Below are positions 22,224 through 30,685 of a DNA stretch of 64,000 bases, one piece after another (positions within the stretch are counted from its first letter, which is position 1; every line of letters starts with the position of its first letter). A program made the position numbers and the translations under genes. The stretch lies in contig DBPV01000119.1 of NCBI GenBank assembly GCA_002304995.1, positions 1,429 to 65,428 on the forward strand. The letters run 5' to 3'. Under the pieces are notes generated by a model, which did not search any database, was not told the DNA's origin, and was given only the letters and a program-made list of their open reading frames with translations. Origin of the DNA: Syntrophaceae bacterium UBA1411. Its GTDB lineage: Bacteria > Desulfobacterota > Syntrophia > Syntrophales > Smithellaceae.

Positions 22224-22723
22224 GGAATAAACCCTGTGTTTTGCGTGACGCGGACCGTCCGTGAAGCCGATCCGTCGGTCAGGGTGATCAAAACGTCCGC
22301 CGCCAGAGGCGTCGCGTCAGCGCCGACGGGATTTCCCCATTCGTTGAAGTGCAGGACGCTGCCCGCCAGGCTGGATGTCATCGTGATGCCCTTGGCAAGC
22401 GTATGGGAGGGGCTGTCTTCGTTGGGCAGACGGCGGGACGTTGCGGCATTGTTGTACACAAGATCGTAGGAGCCGGCATTGAATCTCAGCCCCCAGGTCA
22501 GCGTCTGCCCCGGCGCCAAGGCGTCGCTCATCGACCGGTACTGGACATAGCGCAGATGGGTCTTGAGCGTTTCGGCTTCGGTCGCCAGGGTAAATGTCGT
22601 CCTGGAAACGCTCCTCGACACGCCCACGGCGGCGGCAATGCCGACAATCATCAGGACGAGAAGGACGTCGAGCGCGGTGAAGCCGTTGTGTCCGCATTTG
22701 CGAAAGGGATGAAAGACGGTCAT
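22220..22723 (-). CDS. prepilin-type N-terminal cleavage/methylation domain protein (GspH/FimT-like)
   Basis: Trimmed to ATG 22723: MTVFHPFRKCGHNG|FTALDVLLVLMIVGIAAAVG. The upstream 96 codons of the track ORF overlap the neighbouring gene and the intergenic hairpin. Confidence 0.75.
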   Translation of the reverse strand: MTVFHPFRKCGHNGFTALDVLLVLMIVGIAAAVGVSRSVSRTTFTLATEAETLKTHLRYVQYRSMSDALAPGQTLTWGLRFNAGSYDLVYNNAATSRRLPNEDSPSHTLAKGITMTSSLAGSVLHFNEWGNPVGADATPLAADVLITLTDGSASRTVRVTQNTGFIP

Positions 22724-22839
22724 CGCTTTTATCCAGTCAATCCTTGGTCCAGTCGGGCGATCCCACTTCAACGGTTGTCTTCGTTTGCGTTTTTGAAGTG
22801 GCTTACTGACGAGCGCCGCTTTCTCCGACAGAAAACGAC

Positions 22840-23103
22840 TTAGTTTTTCAGGCAGCTGTTGTAGCAGCTCTGGAAGTTGGCGCCCTGTCCGGAGCATTTG
22901 TTCTGACAGGTGTTGGCCTTGTCCTGAGCGGCATTGCCCGTTTTCTGGGCGACACAGGTGCTTTTGCAGCTTGAGTAGCAGGCGGTGAAAGTGGCCTGCT
23001 GGCCTTTGCATTTGGCGTTGCAGGAACTGTCACAAGAGTTTTGGGCCCATACCGGGAAACACACAAGCGCAAGCAGCGTGACGACGATCATGATTTTTTT
23101 CAT
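22840..23103 (-). CDS. small secreted Cys-rich protein (87 aa) with a tandem twin-CX3C repeat
   Basis: SD AGGAGG lies 6 nt before the ATG. Sec signal peptide MKKIMIVVTLLALVCFPVWA. The mature 67 aa contain 10 Cys in two repeats: SCNAKCKGQQATFTACYSSC and TCQNKCSGQGANFQSCYNSC. Confidence 0.65.
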   Translation of the reverse strand: MKKIMIVVTLLALVCFPVWAQNSCDSSCNAKCKGQQATFTACYSSCKSTCVAQKTGNAAQDKANTCQNKCSGQGANFQSCYNSCLKN

Positions 23104-23180
23104 AGTACCTCCTGATTGAGTGACAACGATTTTTTACCGCGAAATACTGTGGATGCGCTTTCCTGCATGCTTCCGGCAGC

Positions 23181-23209
23181 AATATAAAAGACGCGATTGG
23201 GGAAGTCAA
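23181..23209 (-). promoter_or_regulatory. strong candidate sigma-70 promoter for the Cys-rich gene and pseudopilin operon
   Basis: On the minus strand: TTGACT-17 nt-TATATT, about 75 nt upstream of the ATG at 23103. Confidence 0.55.
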
Positions 23210-23264
23210 GGAAAACTGGCCGCGGTAAGACAGTTCGCTGCACCCGCCGTCAAAGCGGGCGGAA

Positions 23265-23300
23265 CAAAAGGAAAGGCCCGGAGAACATCCCCGGGCCTTT
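23265..23300 (-). terminator. intrinsic terminator after the acyl-CoA ligase gene
   Basis: On the minus strand: AAAGGCCCGG-9 nt-CCGGGCCTTT followed by CCTTTTGT. Confidence 0.7.
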
Positions 23301-23347
23301 GGCATCGGTGCACACGATCGGGAAAAACGTCCGATCCGTTTATCGCT

Positions 23348-25018
23348 TTATTTCTTTTGTTTGGCCTTGGCCTCTTCTTCCTCGCGCAGCGCCTTGCGCA
23401 GGATTTTGCCGACGGCGGATTTGGGAATCGATTCCCGGAATTCGACAAGCTTCGGCACTTTGTAAGGCGCGAGCTTTTCCTTGCAGAAAGAGATGATTTC
23501 CTCGCTCGTGCAGGTTTCGCCTTCCTTGAGGACGATGAAGGCTTTTACCGTCTCGCCCCGGTATTCGTCTTTGACGCCCAGGGCCACCGCCTCGGAGACC
23601 TTGGGGTGCTGGAAGAGGACTTCGTCGATTTCCCGGGGATAGATGTTGAATCCGCCGGCGATGATCATATCCTTCTTGCGGTCGACGATGAACAGATAAC
23701 CGTCTTCGTCGCGGACAGCGATATCGCCGGTGTAGAGCCAGCCGTCTTTGAGCTGGCCTGCCGTCTCCGCGGGATTGTTCCAGTAGCCCTGCATGATGAC
23801 CGGCCCCTTCATGATGATTTCGCCGGGCTGGCCGTCGGGAACTTCGGTCTTGCCGTCGTCCACATCCACCAGTTTGAGGTCGTTGTCGGGAATGGGAATG
23901 CCGATGCTGCCGATTTTTTTCATGCCCAGAACCGGATTGCTGACGCCGACGGACGTGGATTCGGACAGGCCGTAGCCCTCGCTGAAATAAATGCCCATGT
24001 CCCGGACCTTATCGATCAGTTCCGAAGCCATCGGCGCTGCGCCGGAGTTCAAAAGGCCGATTTTTTTGGCGAGGTTCAGTTCTTCCGCTTTGGGGTGGTT
24101 GATAAGCGCGGTGATCAGCGTGGGGACCGTGGGGAAGAAGGTGATCTTCTCATAATTGGCCAGAAGCCCCATCATTTCATCAATATTGAAGCGCGGCACC
24201 TGGATCTGGGTTGCGCAGGAAAACATGGCCCAGTTCATCACGACGATATTTCCGTAAACGTGAAAATAGGGCAGAACCGCCATGACGCTGCGCCGTTCGG
24301 GCGGCGTAAGGGGGATGGTCGGATTTCCCCACAAAACGCAGTAGAAAACGGCTGCGATGACATTGCCGTGGGTCAGGACGGCGCCTTTGGGAATGCCGGT
24401 CGTGCCGCCGGTGAACTGGATCATGGCCGGATCTTCCGGATTGACCTCGACTTTGGAGCGCCGGGTGGAAGGGGTTTTCTCGAGCAGCTCCGAAAAATGC
24501 AGCCATCCTTCTTCCAGATCCAGACTCTTGGCGGAGCTGACGGGGAACCCTTTGACGAAATCCGTCACGGCGGTAACGATTACCCGGGGGATGCGGATGT
24601 TTTTGCATAAGGTGCGGATCGACGGCAGCGCCATGTCGAACGTGATGAGCGTTGTGAGTCCCGAGGTGTTGGCCATCAGTCCCAGCTCGTCCGGCGTATA
24701 AAGGGGATTGAGATTGACCACAATGGCGCCGATCGACAACGCCGCATAGTAAGCGATCGGATACTGGGGACAGTTGGGCAGATGGAGACCCACCCGGTCT
24801 CCTTTCCGGATGCCCAGCGCCGCCAGGGCGTTGGCGAAGCGGAGGATCTGCGTACGCAATTCCCAGAAGGTTATTTCCGTTCCGTAATAGTGCAGTGCCG
24901 CCTTGTCCGGGTAAGAGTTGGCCGGCAGTTCGATCAAATGGTGAATCGCCAGACGCGGGTAACGGATGGTGGTGGGAACATTGTAATCATAGTGACGATG
25001 CCAGGGTTTTGTTTCCAT
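23348..25018 (-). CDS. fadD: long-chain-fatty-acid--CoA ligase (AMP-binding family)
   Basis: AMP-binding motifs IQFTGGTTGIPKGAVLTH, GYGLSE, YTGD and DRKKDMIIAGGFNIYP. Terminal PKSAVGKILRK. I trimmed the start to ATG 25018, which has SD GGAGGA. Confidence 0.9.
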   Translation of the reverse strand: METKPWHRHYDYNVPTTIRYPRLAIHHLIELPANSYPDKAALHYYGTEITFWELRTQILRFANALAALGIRKGDRVGLHLPNCPQYPIAYYAALSIGAIVVNLNPLYTPDELGLMANTSGLTTLITFDMALPSIRTLCKNIRIPRVIVTAVTDFVKGFPVSSAKSLDLEEGWLHFSELLEKTPSTRRSKVEVNPEDPAMIQFTGGTTGIPKGAVLTHGNVIAAVFYCVLWGNPTIPLTPPERRSVMAVLPYFHVYGNIVVMNWAMFSCATQIQVPRFNIDEMMGLLANYEKITFFPTVPTLITALINHPKAEELNLAKKIGLLNSGAAPMASELIDKVRDMGIYFSEGYGLSESTSVGVSNPVLGMKKIGSIGIPIPDNDLKLVDVDDGKTEVPDGQPGEIIMKGPVIMQGYWNNPAETAGQLKDGWLYTGDIAVRDEDGYLFIVDRKKDMIIAGGFNIYPREIDEVLFQHPKVSEAVALGVKDEYRGETVKAFIVLKEGETCTSEEIISFCKEKLAPYKVPKLVEFRESIPKSAVGKILRKALREEEEAKAKQKK

Positions 25019-25182
25019 TTTTTCCTCCAAAGAATCGGTTCGGTTGGAAATGGGTTGACAAGAGCCGCGACAGCTAACATTGAAACAGGGTCCGAATGTG
25101 ACGTTTCTTTCTGAATATCGGAAAAAAGAAGACGGGTCAAGATGGAATCGGCGTTCAAGCCGGCAGCCGGAATGAATTTCTT

Positions 25183-27651
25183 TCAGGCCAGCAGCGTTTT
25201 GGTTTTGATGATGCGCACGTTTTGCGTTTCACCGGCCGCAACGCCCAGGACATGTTCAATAATGTCGAGCGGACGGGCGGACCCGTTCTGGGCGTGCAGG
25301 AGCGTCACGGTCACCTTTTTCTCTGCGGGGAGAAGCGCAAGTTTCTCAACAAAGGGCCGGATGTCGCGCGTGACGGTCTTCCCCTTGGCCTGGCGGGTGA
25401 TCGGAAAGGAACCGGCGGCCAGAAACTCGTCGATGCGGCGGGCCATGGCATTGAGCTGCCCGTCGTCTGTCCGGTCGGGCAGCAGGAGGTCGTAGTCGAA
25501 TCCGTAAAGCGCCCGGGAAAGCTCCCTGGCGACAAAGGGCAAGGTCTGCAGATCCGTGACGGCCATGCCGTCGGGCAGGGCGGCGTTGATTTCGTTTTTC
25601 AGCGCTGTGAGATCGCCCGGATACGCGCCGGCGGTGACGTCCAGGTATTCCTCGCGGCTTTCCGTGCCCACCGGTGTGGCGGTGGCAAAAGAAATTTTCG
25701 GATGCGGATGAAAACCCGCCGAATAGCAAAGCGCAAGAGAGCTGCGGCGCAGGGCGCGCGTCACCGCCAGCGCCAGTTCCAGGTGCGAGAGAAACCGCGC
25801 GCGGCCGGTTTTGGTGAAACGCAGCCGGTATACCATCTCGCGCGGCAGCGGGGCAGACGGTTGGACGTCCGGCCGCGCCGCGGGGAGATCTTCGGTCGAG
25901 AAAACATTCCGGATTTCGGTAAAGTCGCAGACGCCGCAGTCCTGGCAGGCTTCATAGCGGCAGTCCGGCGTGTCTTCGCCGGCGGCGGCCTTTTGCCTTT
26001 CCGCCAGCAGAAATTCCCGGCCGATGCCGCAGTCGATGTTGTCCCAGGGCAGAGGGTCTGTGGTGCTGCGCCGGCGCAGGTAGGCGTCGACGGAAATACC
26101 CGTCTCCTGCAGGGCGTCCTGCCACAGATCGAAGCGCAGGATTTCGCTCCAGCCGTCAAAGCGGCAGCCCTTTTGCCAGGCGGCAAGCAACAGTTCGCCG
26201 ATTTTTGCATCGCCCCGCGAAAACAGGCCTTCGAGCAGGCTCATCCGGGCATCGTGCCACTTGACGGCCAGCTGGCGGTTGTTCATGCGCCGGCGGATGT
26301 ACTGCTGGCGGTTGTAAGTCTCGTCGAGCGAGAGCTGCCTTTCCCACTGGAAGGGCGTATGGGGTTTGGGCACGAAGGTCGAAAGGCTGACGGTGACCTG
26401 GCCGCGGCGCCGGGCTGCTCCGAGCGCCTGATATGCCAGATCGACGATGCCGTCGAGATCGCTTTCTTCTTCTTCGGGCAGTCCGATCATGAAGTACAGC
26501 TTGATGGATTTCCAGCCGGCGTCAAAGACCCGGTCCACGGACGCCAGCAGATCCTGCGCCGTGTTGCCCTTGTTGATGATCCGGCGCATCTTATCCGTTC
26601 CGGCCTCCGGCGCCAGGGTAAAGCTGGTCTTGCGCGTGCGCCTGATTTCCTCGATCAGCGTCCGGCTCAGCGTCTCCACGCGCAGGGAAGGCAGCGCCAG
26701 CGCGACTCTTTCGCCTGAGTGCCGCGACATGAGGGTTTGGATGAGCCCTTCGATGCAGCTGTAGTCTCCGGAGCTCAGCGCCAGAAGCGAGACTTCATCG
26801 TGGCCGGTTGCGGCAAGCGCGAGGCCCGCCATGTCGGCTACCAGTTTCGCGTTTCTTTCGCGGTAAGGCCGCCAGAGCATGCCGGCCTGGCAAAACCGGC
26901 AGCCCCGCGTGCAGCCGCGGGCGATTTCCAGGACGATCCGGTCGTGGATCGTCTGCATGAGCGGCACAACGGGCGCGACCGGATGCCGCCAGACGTTGAG
27001 ATCGACGGGCTTTCTCTTCCGGATGACGGTCTGGCCGTGCACGGAGGGCACATAAACGCCTGCGATGTCCGCCAGCGCCGCCAGGAGGTCGTCTCTTGTC
27101 GCGTTTTTGCCTTTGCCCGCGGCAACGGCTGCGGCGATCTCTTCCACGGCTTCTTCCCCCTCGCCGATCACGAAGGCGTCGATAAAGGCGCAAAGCGGCG
27201 CGGGATTGAAGGCGCAGGGGCCGCCCGCGATGATCAGGGGATGGCCTTTCGACCGGTCGGCGGCCCGAAGCGGAAGGCCCGCGAGGTCCAGCATCGTGAG
27301 GACATTGGTGTAGGACAGTTCATACTGGAGGGAAAAGCCGATCACATCAAAATCCGCCAGCGGTTTTGCGGATTCCAGCGACGCGAGAGGCAGGCCGCGC
27401 CGGCGCAGCTCACGCTCCCGGTCGGGCCAGGGGGCGAAGCACCGTTCGGCGGACACGCCGGGAAGGGCATTGATCACGGCATAGAGAATCTGCAAGCCCA
27501 GATGCGACATGCCCACTTCATATGTGTCCGGAAACGCCAGCGCGAAGCGCACGGCGGCGTTTTCCTTGCGTACGGCGTTGACTTCAGCGCCGATGTAGCG
27601 GCTGGGCTTTTCAGAGCCGGCCAGGAGCTCCTCGAAAAAATCTCTGGTCAT
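25183..27651 (-). CDS. radical SAM protein, B12-binding-like N-domain fused to a DUF2344-like C-domain (TIGR03960/TIGR03936-type architecture)
   Basis: CX3CX2C cluster motif EIARGCTRGCRFCQAG after a Rossmann-like N-domain. A ~230-aa C-terminal extension (RLRFTKTGRARFLSHLEL...) matches my memory of the fused DUF2344 family. Confidence 0.8.
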   Translation of the reverse strand: MTRDFFEELLAGSEKPSRYIGAEVNAVRKENAAVRFALAFPDTYEVGMSHLGLQILYAVINALPGVSAERCFAPWPDRERELRRRGLPLASLESAKPLADFDVIGFSLQYELSYTNVLTMLDLAGLPLRAADRSKGHPLIIAGGPCAFNPAPLCAFIDAFVIGEGEEAVEEIAAAVAAGKGKNATRDDLLAALADIAGVYVPSVHGQTVIRKRKPVDLNVWRHPVAPVVPLMQTIHDRIVLEIARGCTRGCRFCQAGMLWRPYRERNAKLVADMAGLALAATGHDEVSLLALSSGDYSCIEGLIQTLMSRHSGERVALALPSLRVETLSRTLIEEIRRTRKTSFTLAPEAGTDKMRRIINKGNTAQDLLASVDRVFDAGWKSIKLYFMIGLPEEEESDLDGIVDLAYQALGAARRRGQVTVSLSTFVPKPHTPFQWERQLSLDETYNRQQYIRRRMNNRQLAVKWHDARMSLLEGLFSRGDAKIGELLLAAWQKGCRFDGWSEILRFDLWQDALQETGISVDAYLRRRSTTDPLPWDNIDCGIGREFLLAERQKAAAGEDTPDCRYEACQDCGVCDFTEIRNVFSTEDLPAARPDVQPSAPLPREMVYRLRFTKTGRARFLSHLELALAVTRALRRSSLALCYSAGFHPHPKISFATATPVGTESREEYLDVTAGAYPGDLTALKNEINAALPDGMAVTDLQTLPFVARELSRALYGFDYDLLLPDRTDDGQLNAMARRIDEFLAAGSFPITRQAKGKTVTRDIRPFVEKLALLPAEKKVTVTLLHAQNGSARPLDIIEHVLGVAAGETQNVRIIKTKTLLA

Positions 27652-27686
27652 GATGTGTTTTCCGTTGGTTGTTTTTGCCGTCCCGG

Positions 27687-28088
27687 TTATTCAGCCGGCT
27701 CTTCGGCCGGCTGCGCCCGCCGGTACTTGTAGGGGTTGCTTTTGATGTCCCGCAGCAGCGACAGGACCATTTTTCGCGCGAAGTCGGGCGACGACAGATA
27801 GTGAAGGGAATTTTTCTTGAACGTATCCAGGAGTTCGGCGCGGGTGGCTTCCTTCTCGGTTTCGGAAACGAACGTCCGCTCCAGTTTGTGTTCGTAGGTG
27901 AGTTCGTCGCCGAAGAGGCCGGTGAGTTGCCGGCAGTCGTCGGACGAGGTGAAGAAGGATTCCTCGACTTTCACTTTCATCCGGAAGGAAACTTCGACTT
28001 TTACCGTGTCCGCGGCGATGCGGCGCGTCAGATCGTGAATCGTGAGCCGAAGGCCGTTTTGCAGAGGGATGGTTTCGATCAATTCCAT
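27687..28088 (-). CDS. hypothetical protein (133 aa)
   Basis: Clean ORF, co-oriented with and 35 nt upstream of the radical SAM gene. GC-rich third positions. I recognised no family. Confidence 0.55.
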   Translation of the reverse strand: MELIETIPLQNGLRLTIHDLTRRIAADTVKVEVSFRMKVKVEESFFTSSDDCRQLTGLFGDELTYEHKLERTFVSETEKEATRAELLDTFKKNSLHYLSSPDFARKMVLSLLRDIKSNPYKYRRAQPAEEPAE

Positions 28089-28141
28089 GGCGCTTGTGTA
28101 TCCTGTTTTCCAAAAGTGGCCCGGTCATACCATTTTTATTC

Positions 28142-28170
28142 TTGACCTGCAACGGTAATCCTTTTATAGA
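28142..28170 (+). promoter_or_regulatory. candidate sigma-70 promoter
   Basis: TTGACC-17 nt-TATAGA, about 80 nt upstream of the ATG at 28251. Confidence 0.45.
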
Positions 28171-28250
28171 AGGCGCGCGCCCGACGCCCTTCGCGCCGCG
28201 CCGCAGTTTATTCGGTCCTTATTCCGGGGAAAGGGACACAAAAGCGTCCA

Positions 28251-29069
28251 ATGGCAGCGTCTTCAGAGATCAGAGTGTTGTGCCAGCCGGATCCCGGCAA
28301 GTCCTGCGGAGCCTGCTGCGGCCTGTACAATTACGTCGACAGCTCGCGCGAGGCCCTGACTGAGCGGCTGCGCGCGCGCACGAAGCGCTACCGCGACATG
28401 GTGCAGGGGCCGGACGATCTGACCCGCTACGCCGCGGCGACCTTCGCGGCCGAGGATTTCCGCAAGCGCTACGAAGTGATTTACTGCTGCGAATACCTGG
28501 GCTTTCTGGACGATGAAGAAAAAAAGGTCGGCTGCCTGGTGCATCCGTTGCAAAACGGCGGAGTCGATATGCGCACCGTGTCCTTTTACGGTCAGGACGT
28601 CTGCGCCGGACATCTGTGCCCCAGCCACCATTTCATTCCCCGCTCCCAACAGCGCATCCTGCTTGCGATCATTGACGACTGGTATCTCTACGGGTTGTGC
28701 CTCACGGATATCGATCTGGTCGTCACCTACTTCCGTCTCATCGCCGACCGGGTCGGCCGCGAGCTTGCGCCGGAGATGTTCGCGTGCGAGGCGCTTCGGG
28801 AGACGGCCGCGGCTTACTTCGCGTGGAAAACCACCTGGCCGTTCCGGTCGGAGGACGTAAACCGCCTGGGCAAGTATTACTTTGACGGTTCGCAGTACAT
28901 GATCAGCCACATCGACTATGAAAAGTTCGGCCGGGAGATTTCGCCGCTCAACGCCATCCTGCTCAGCCTTTCGTCGGAGTTTCATTCGGCCAGCGAACTG
29001 GCCCTCGCGGAAGGCATGATCTGGCAGAACATTGAAACGGTTGTGTCGCTGTGCGGCGGGCTGCCCTGA
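28251..29069 (+). CDS. Cys-cluster protein (272 aa), possibly YkgJ-like metal/Fe-S binding; hypothetical
   Basis: N-terminal KSCGACCGLYNY (C-x2-CC). Further clusters YCCEYLGFL...GCLVHP and CAGHLCPSHH. The family assignment is only by resemblance. Confidence 0.55.
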   Translation: MAASSEIRVLCQPDPGKSCGACCGLYNYVDSSREALTERLRARTKRYRDMVQGPDDLTRYAAATFAAEDFRKRYEVIYCCEYLGFLDDEEKKVGCLVHPLQNGGVDMRTVSFYGQDVCAGHLCPSHHFIPRSQQRILLAIIDDWYLYGLCLTDIDLVVTYFRLIADRVGRELAPEMFACEALRETAAAYFAWKTTWPFRSEDVNRLGKYYFDGSQYMISHIDYEKFGREISPLNAILLSLSSEFHSASELALAEGMIWQNIETVVSLCGGLP

Positions 29070-29141
29070 TTTTTATTGACAGACACCGGATATCTTGCTT
29101 AAGATTCACAAACTTCAAGCCGTAACGGGGAATCATCCGAC

Positions 29142-29672
29142 ATGGACCCACGAGGAAAAGAAATGCTTTTAACCCGATCCGAAATTGACCGGCGCGTGAA
29201 CGATCTGGCCGGTCAAATTTCGCGCGACTATGCCGGATGCGATCTGCTTTTGATCGGCGTGCTGAAGGGCGCCTTTATTTTCATGGCGGATCTGGCCCGC
29301 GCCCTGTCCATTCCCTGCCAGACGGATTTCATCCGCGCGGCAAGCTACGGGGCCGGATCGGAAAGCTCCGGAACCATCGTCATCACCAAGGATGTTGACG
29401 CGGAAGTCCGCGGGCGCGACGTCCTGATCATTGAGGATATCATCGACACCGGCCTGACGCTTCGGCACATCGTCGATACGCTGATGCTCAGGCAGCCGAA
29501 ATCCATCAAGGTCTGCGCCTTTCTGGACAAACGCCGGAGAAGAAAAATTCCCTTTGAAGCGGATTACGTCGGTTTTTCCATGGAGGACGGTTTCGTGGTC
29601 GGCTACGGATTGGATTTCAACGAGCAGGACCGTCATTGGCCTGATGTGTATGTGATTCCGAATCCCGTCTGA
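29142..29672 (+). CDS. hpt: hypoxanthine phosphoribosyltransferase
   Basis: LLLIGVLKGAFIFMADLAR. PRPP loop VLIIEDIIDTGLTL. GYGLDFNEQDRHWPDVYV. An alternative start is ATG 29163 with SD GAGGA. Confidence 0.9.
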   Translation: MDPRGKEMLLTRSEIDRRVNDLAGQISRDYAGCDLLLIGVLKGAFIFMADLARALSIPCQTDFIRAASYGAGSESSGTIVITKDVDAEVRGRDVLIIEDIIDTGLTLRHIVDTLMLRQPKSIKVCAFLDKRRRRKIPFEADYVGFSMEDGFVVGYGLDFNEQDRHWPDVYVIPNPV

Positions 29673-29692
29673 TCCGAACGAGAGGGACGACC

Positions 29693-30685
29693 ATGATTAT
29701 ACAATGCAAGCAGTGCCGGACCAAGTTCCGTTTTGACGAATCTAAAATGGAAGGCGACGGCTTGTGGATGCGCTGCAGCCGCTGCCAGCACGTTTTTTTC
29801 CAGGAAAGTCCGGCCAAGCCAGGCCCGCCGGAGGCGACGCCGTTTGCAGCCGACGAGGCGCCCTCCTTAGCGCCGGCCGCCCGGTTGTCCTTTGAGCCGG
29901 CGGCTCCCGCGCACGTTGCAGCTGAAGAAAAACGCGAACCGGACGACGTCTTTCGCCGGCGGGAGGCCGTACCGGAAGAGCCGGCCGGGCGGATTTTGCC
30001 GCCGCGACCGGAGCCGTCCGAAAGTGTGGGCCTCAACCTGACGGACATTGAATTTGCGCCGGGAGAGGAGGGCGCTCCGGAAGAGGAGGAGGCTGCCGCG
30101 GCGGCTTTCGAGCAACCGGCGGCGCCGGCGAAAAAGAAAAAGAGCAAAACGTGGCTGGCCCTGCTCTGGGCGCTGCTCGTCATTATCGTGATTCCGGCCG
30201 TTTTGCTGGTTTTTGTTTTTCCGCAGCAGCTCGAGCGCTACATGGACATCGGCCGCAAGTATCTCGGCGCGTCGCAGCCTTACGAAGGTCATTCGGTGCT
30301 GGCGCAGGTCAAACTGCAGGACATCCGGCAGCGGGTGGTCAACAATTACATTCTGGGCAATATCCGGGTCGTGGAGGGCGTTGCCGTCAATCAGGCGGAC
30401 TTTGCCGTCGCCCGCATCCGGGTGAAGGCGGCCATCCTGGACGCTTACGCCGTTGTTCTGGACGAGCGGATCAGCTTTGCGGGCAATATGCTTTCGGAAG
30501 AGGATCTGACGAATTTGTCGGAGGAGGATCTGCAAAAAATCCTCTCCCTGCCGGAAGGCCGGGACAGTTCCAACGAGCGGGTGATTCCCGGCGGCCGGAT
30601 TCCGTTCATGATCGTTTTTACCCGCGATCAGCCGGGCGCCATCAAGACGACGGTAACGATCGCCGGCGCCGAGCGCCTGCTTTAA
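29693..30685 (+). CDS. MJ0042-type zinc-ribbon protein with a Pro/Glu/Ala-rich linker, one TM helix and a DUF3426-like C-domain
   Basis: MIIQCKQCRTKFRFDE...MRCSRCQHVF carries two CxxC pairs. TM helix TWLALLWALLVIIVIPAVLLVFVF. The C-terminal beta-rich domain ends ...MIVFTRDQPG. Confidence 0.75.
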   Translation: MIIQCKQCRTKFRFDESKMEGDGLWMRCSRCQHVFFQESPAKPGPPEATPFAADEAPSLAPAARLSFEPAAPAHVAAEEKREPDDVFRRREAVPEEPAGRILPPRPEPSESVGLNLTDIEFAPGEEGAPEEEEAAAAAFEQPAAPAKKKKSKTWLALLWALLVIIVIPAVLLVFVFPQQLERYMDIGRKYLGASQPYEGHSVLAQVKLQDIRQRVVNNYILGNIRVVEGVAVNQADFAVARIRVKAAILDAYAVVLDERISFAGNMLSEEDLTNLSEEDLQKILSLPEGRDSSNERVIPGGRIPFMIVFTRDQPGAIKTTVTIAGAERLL

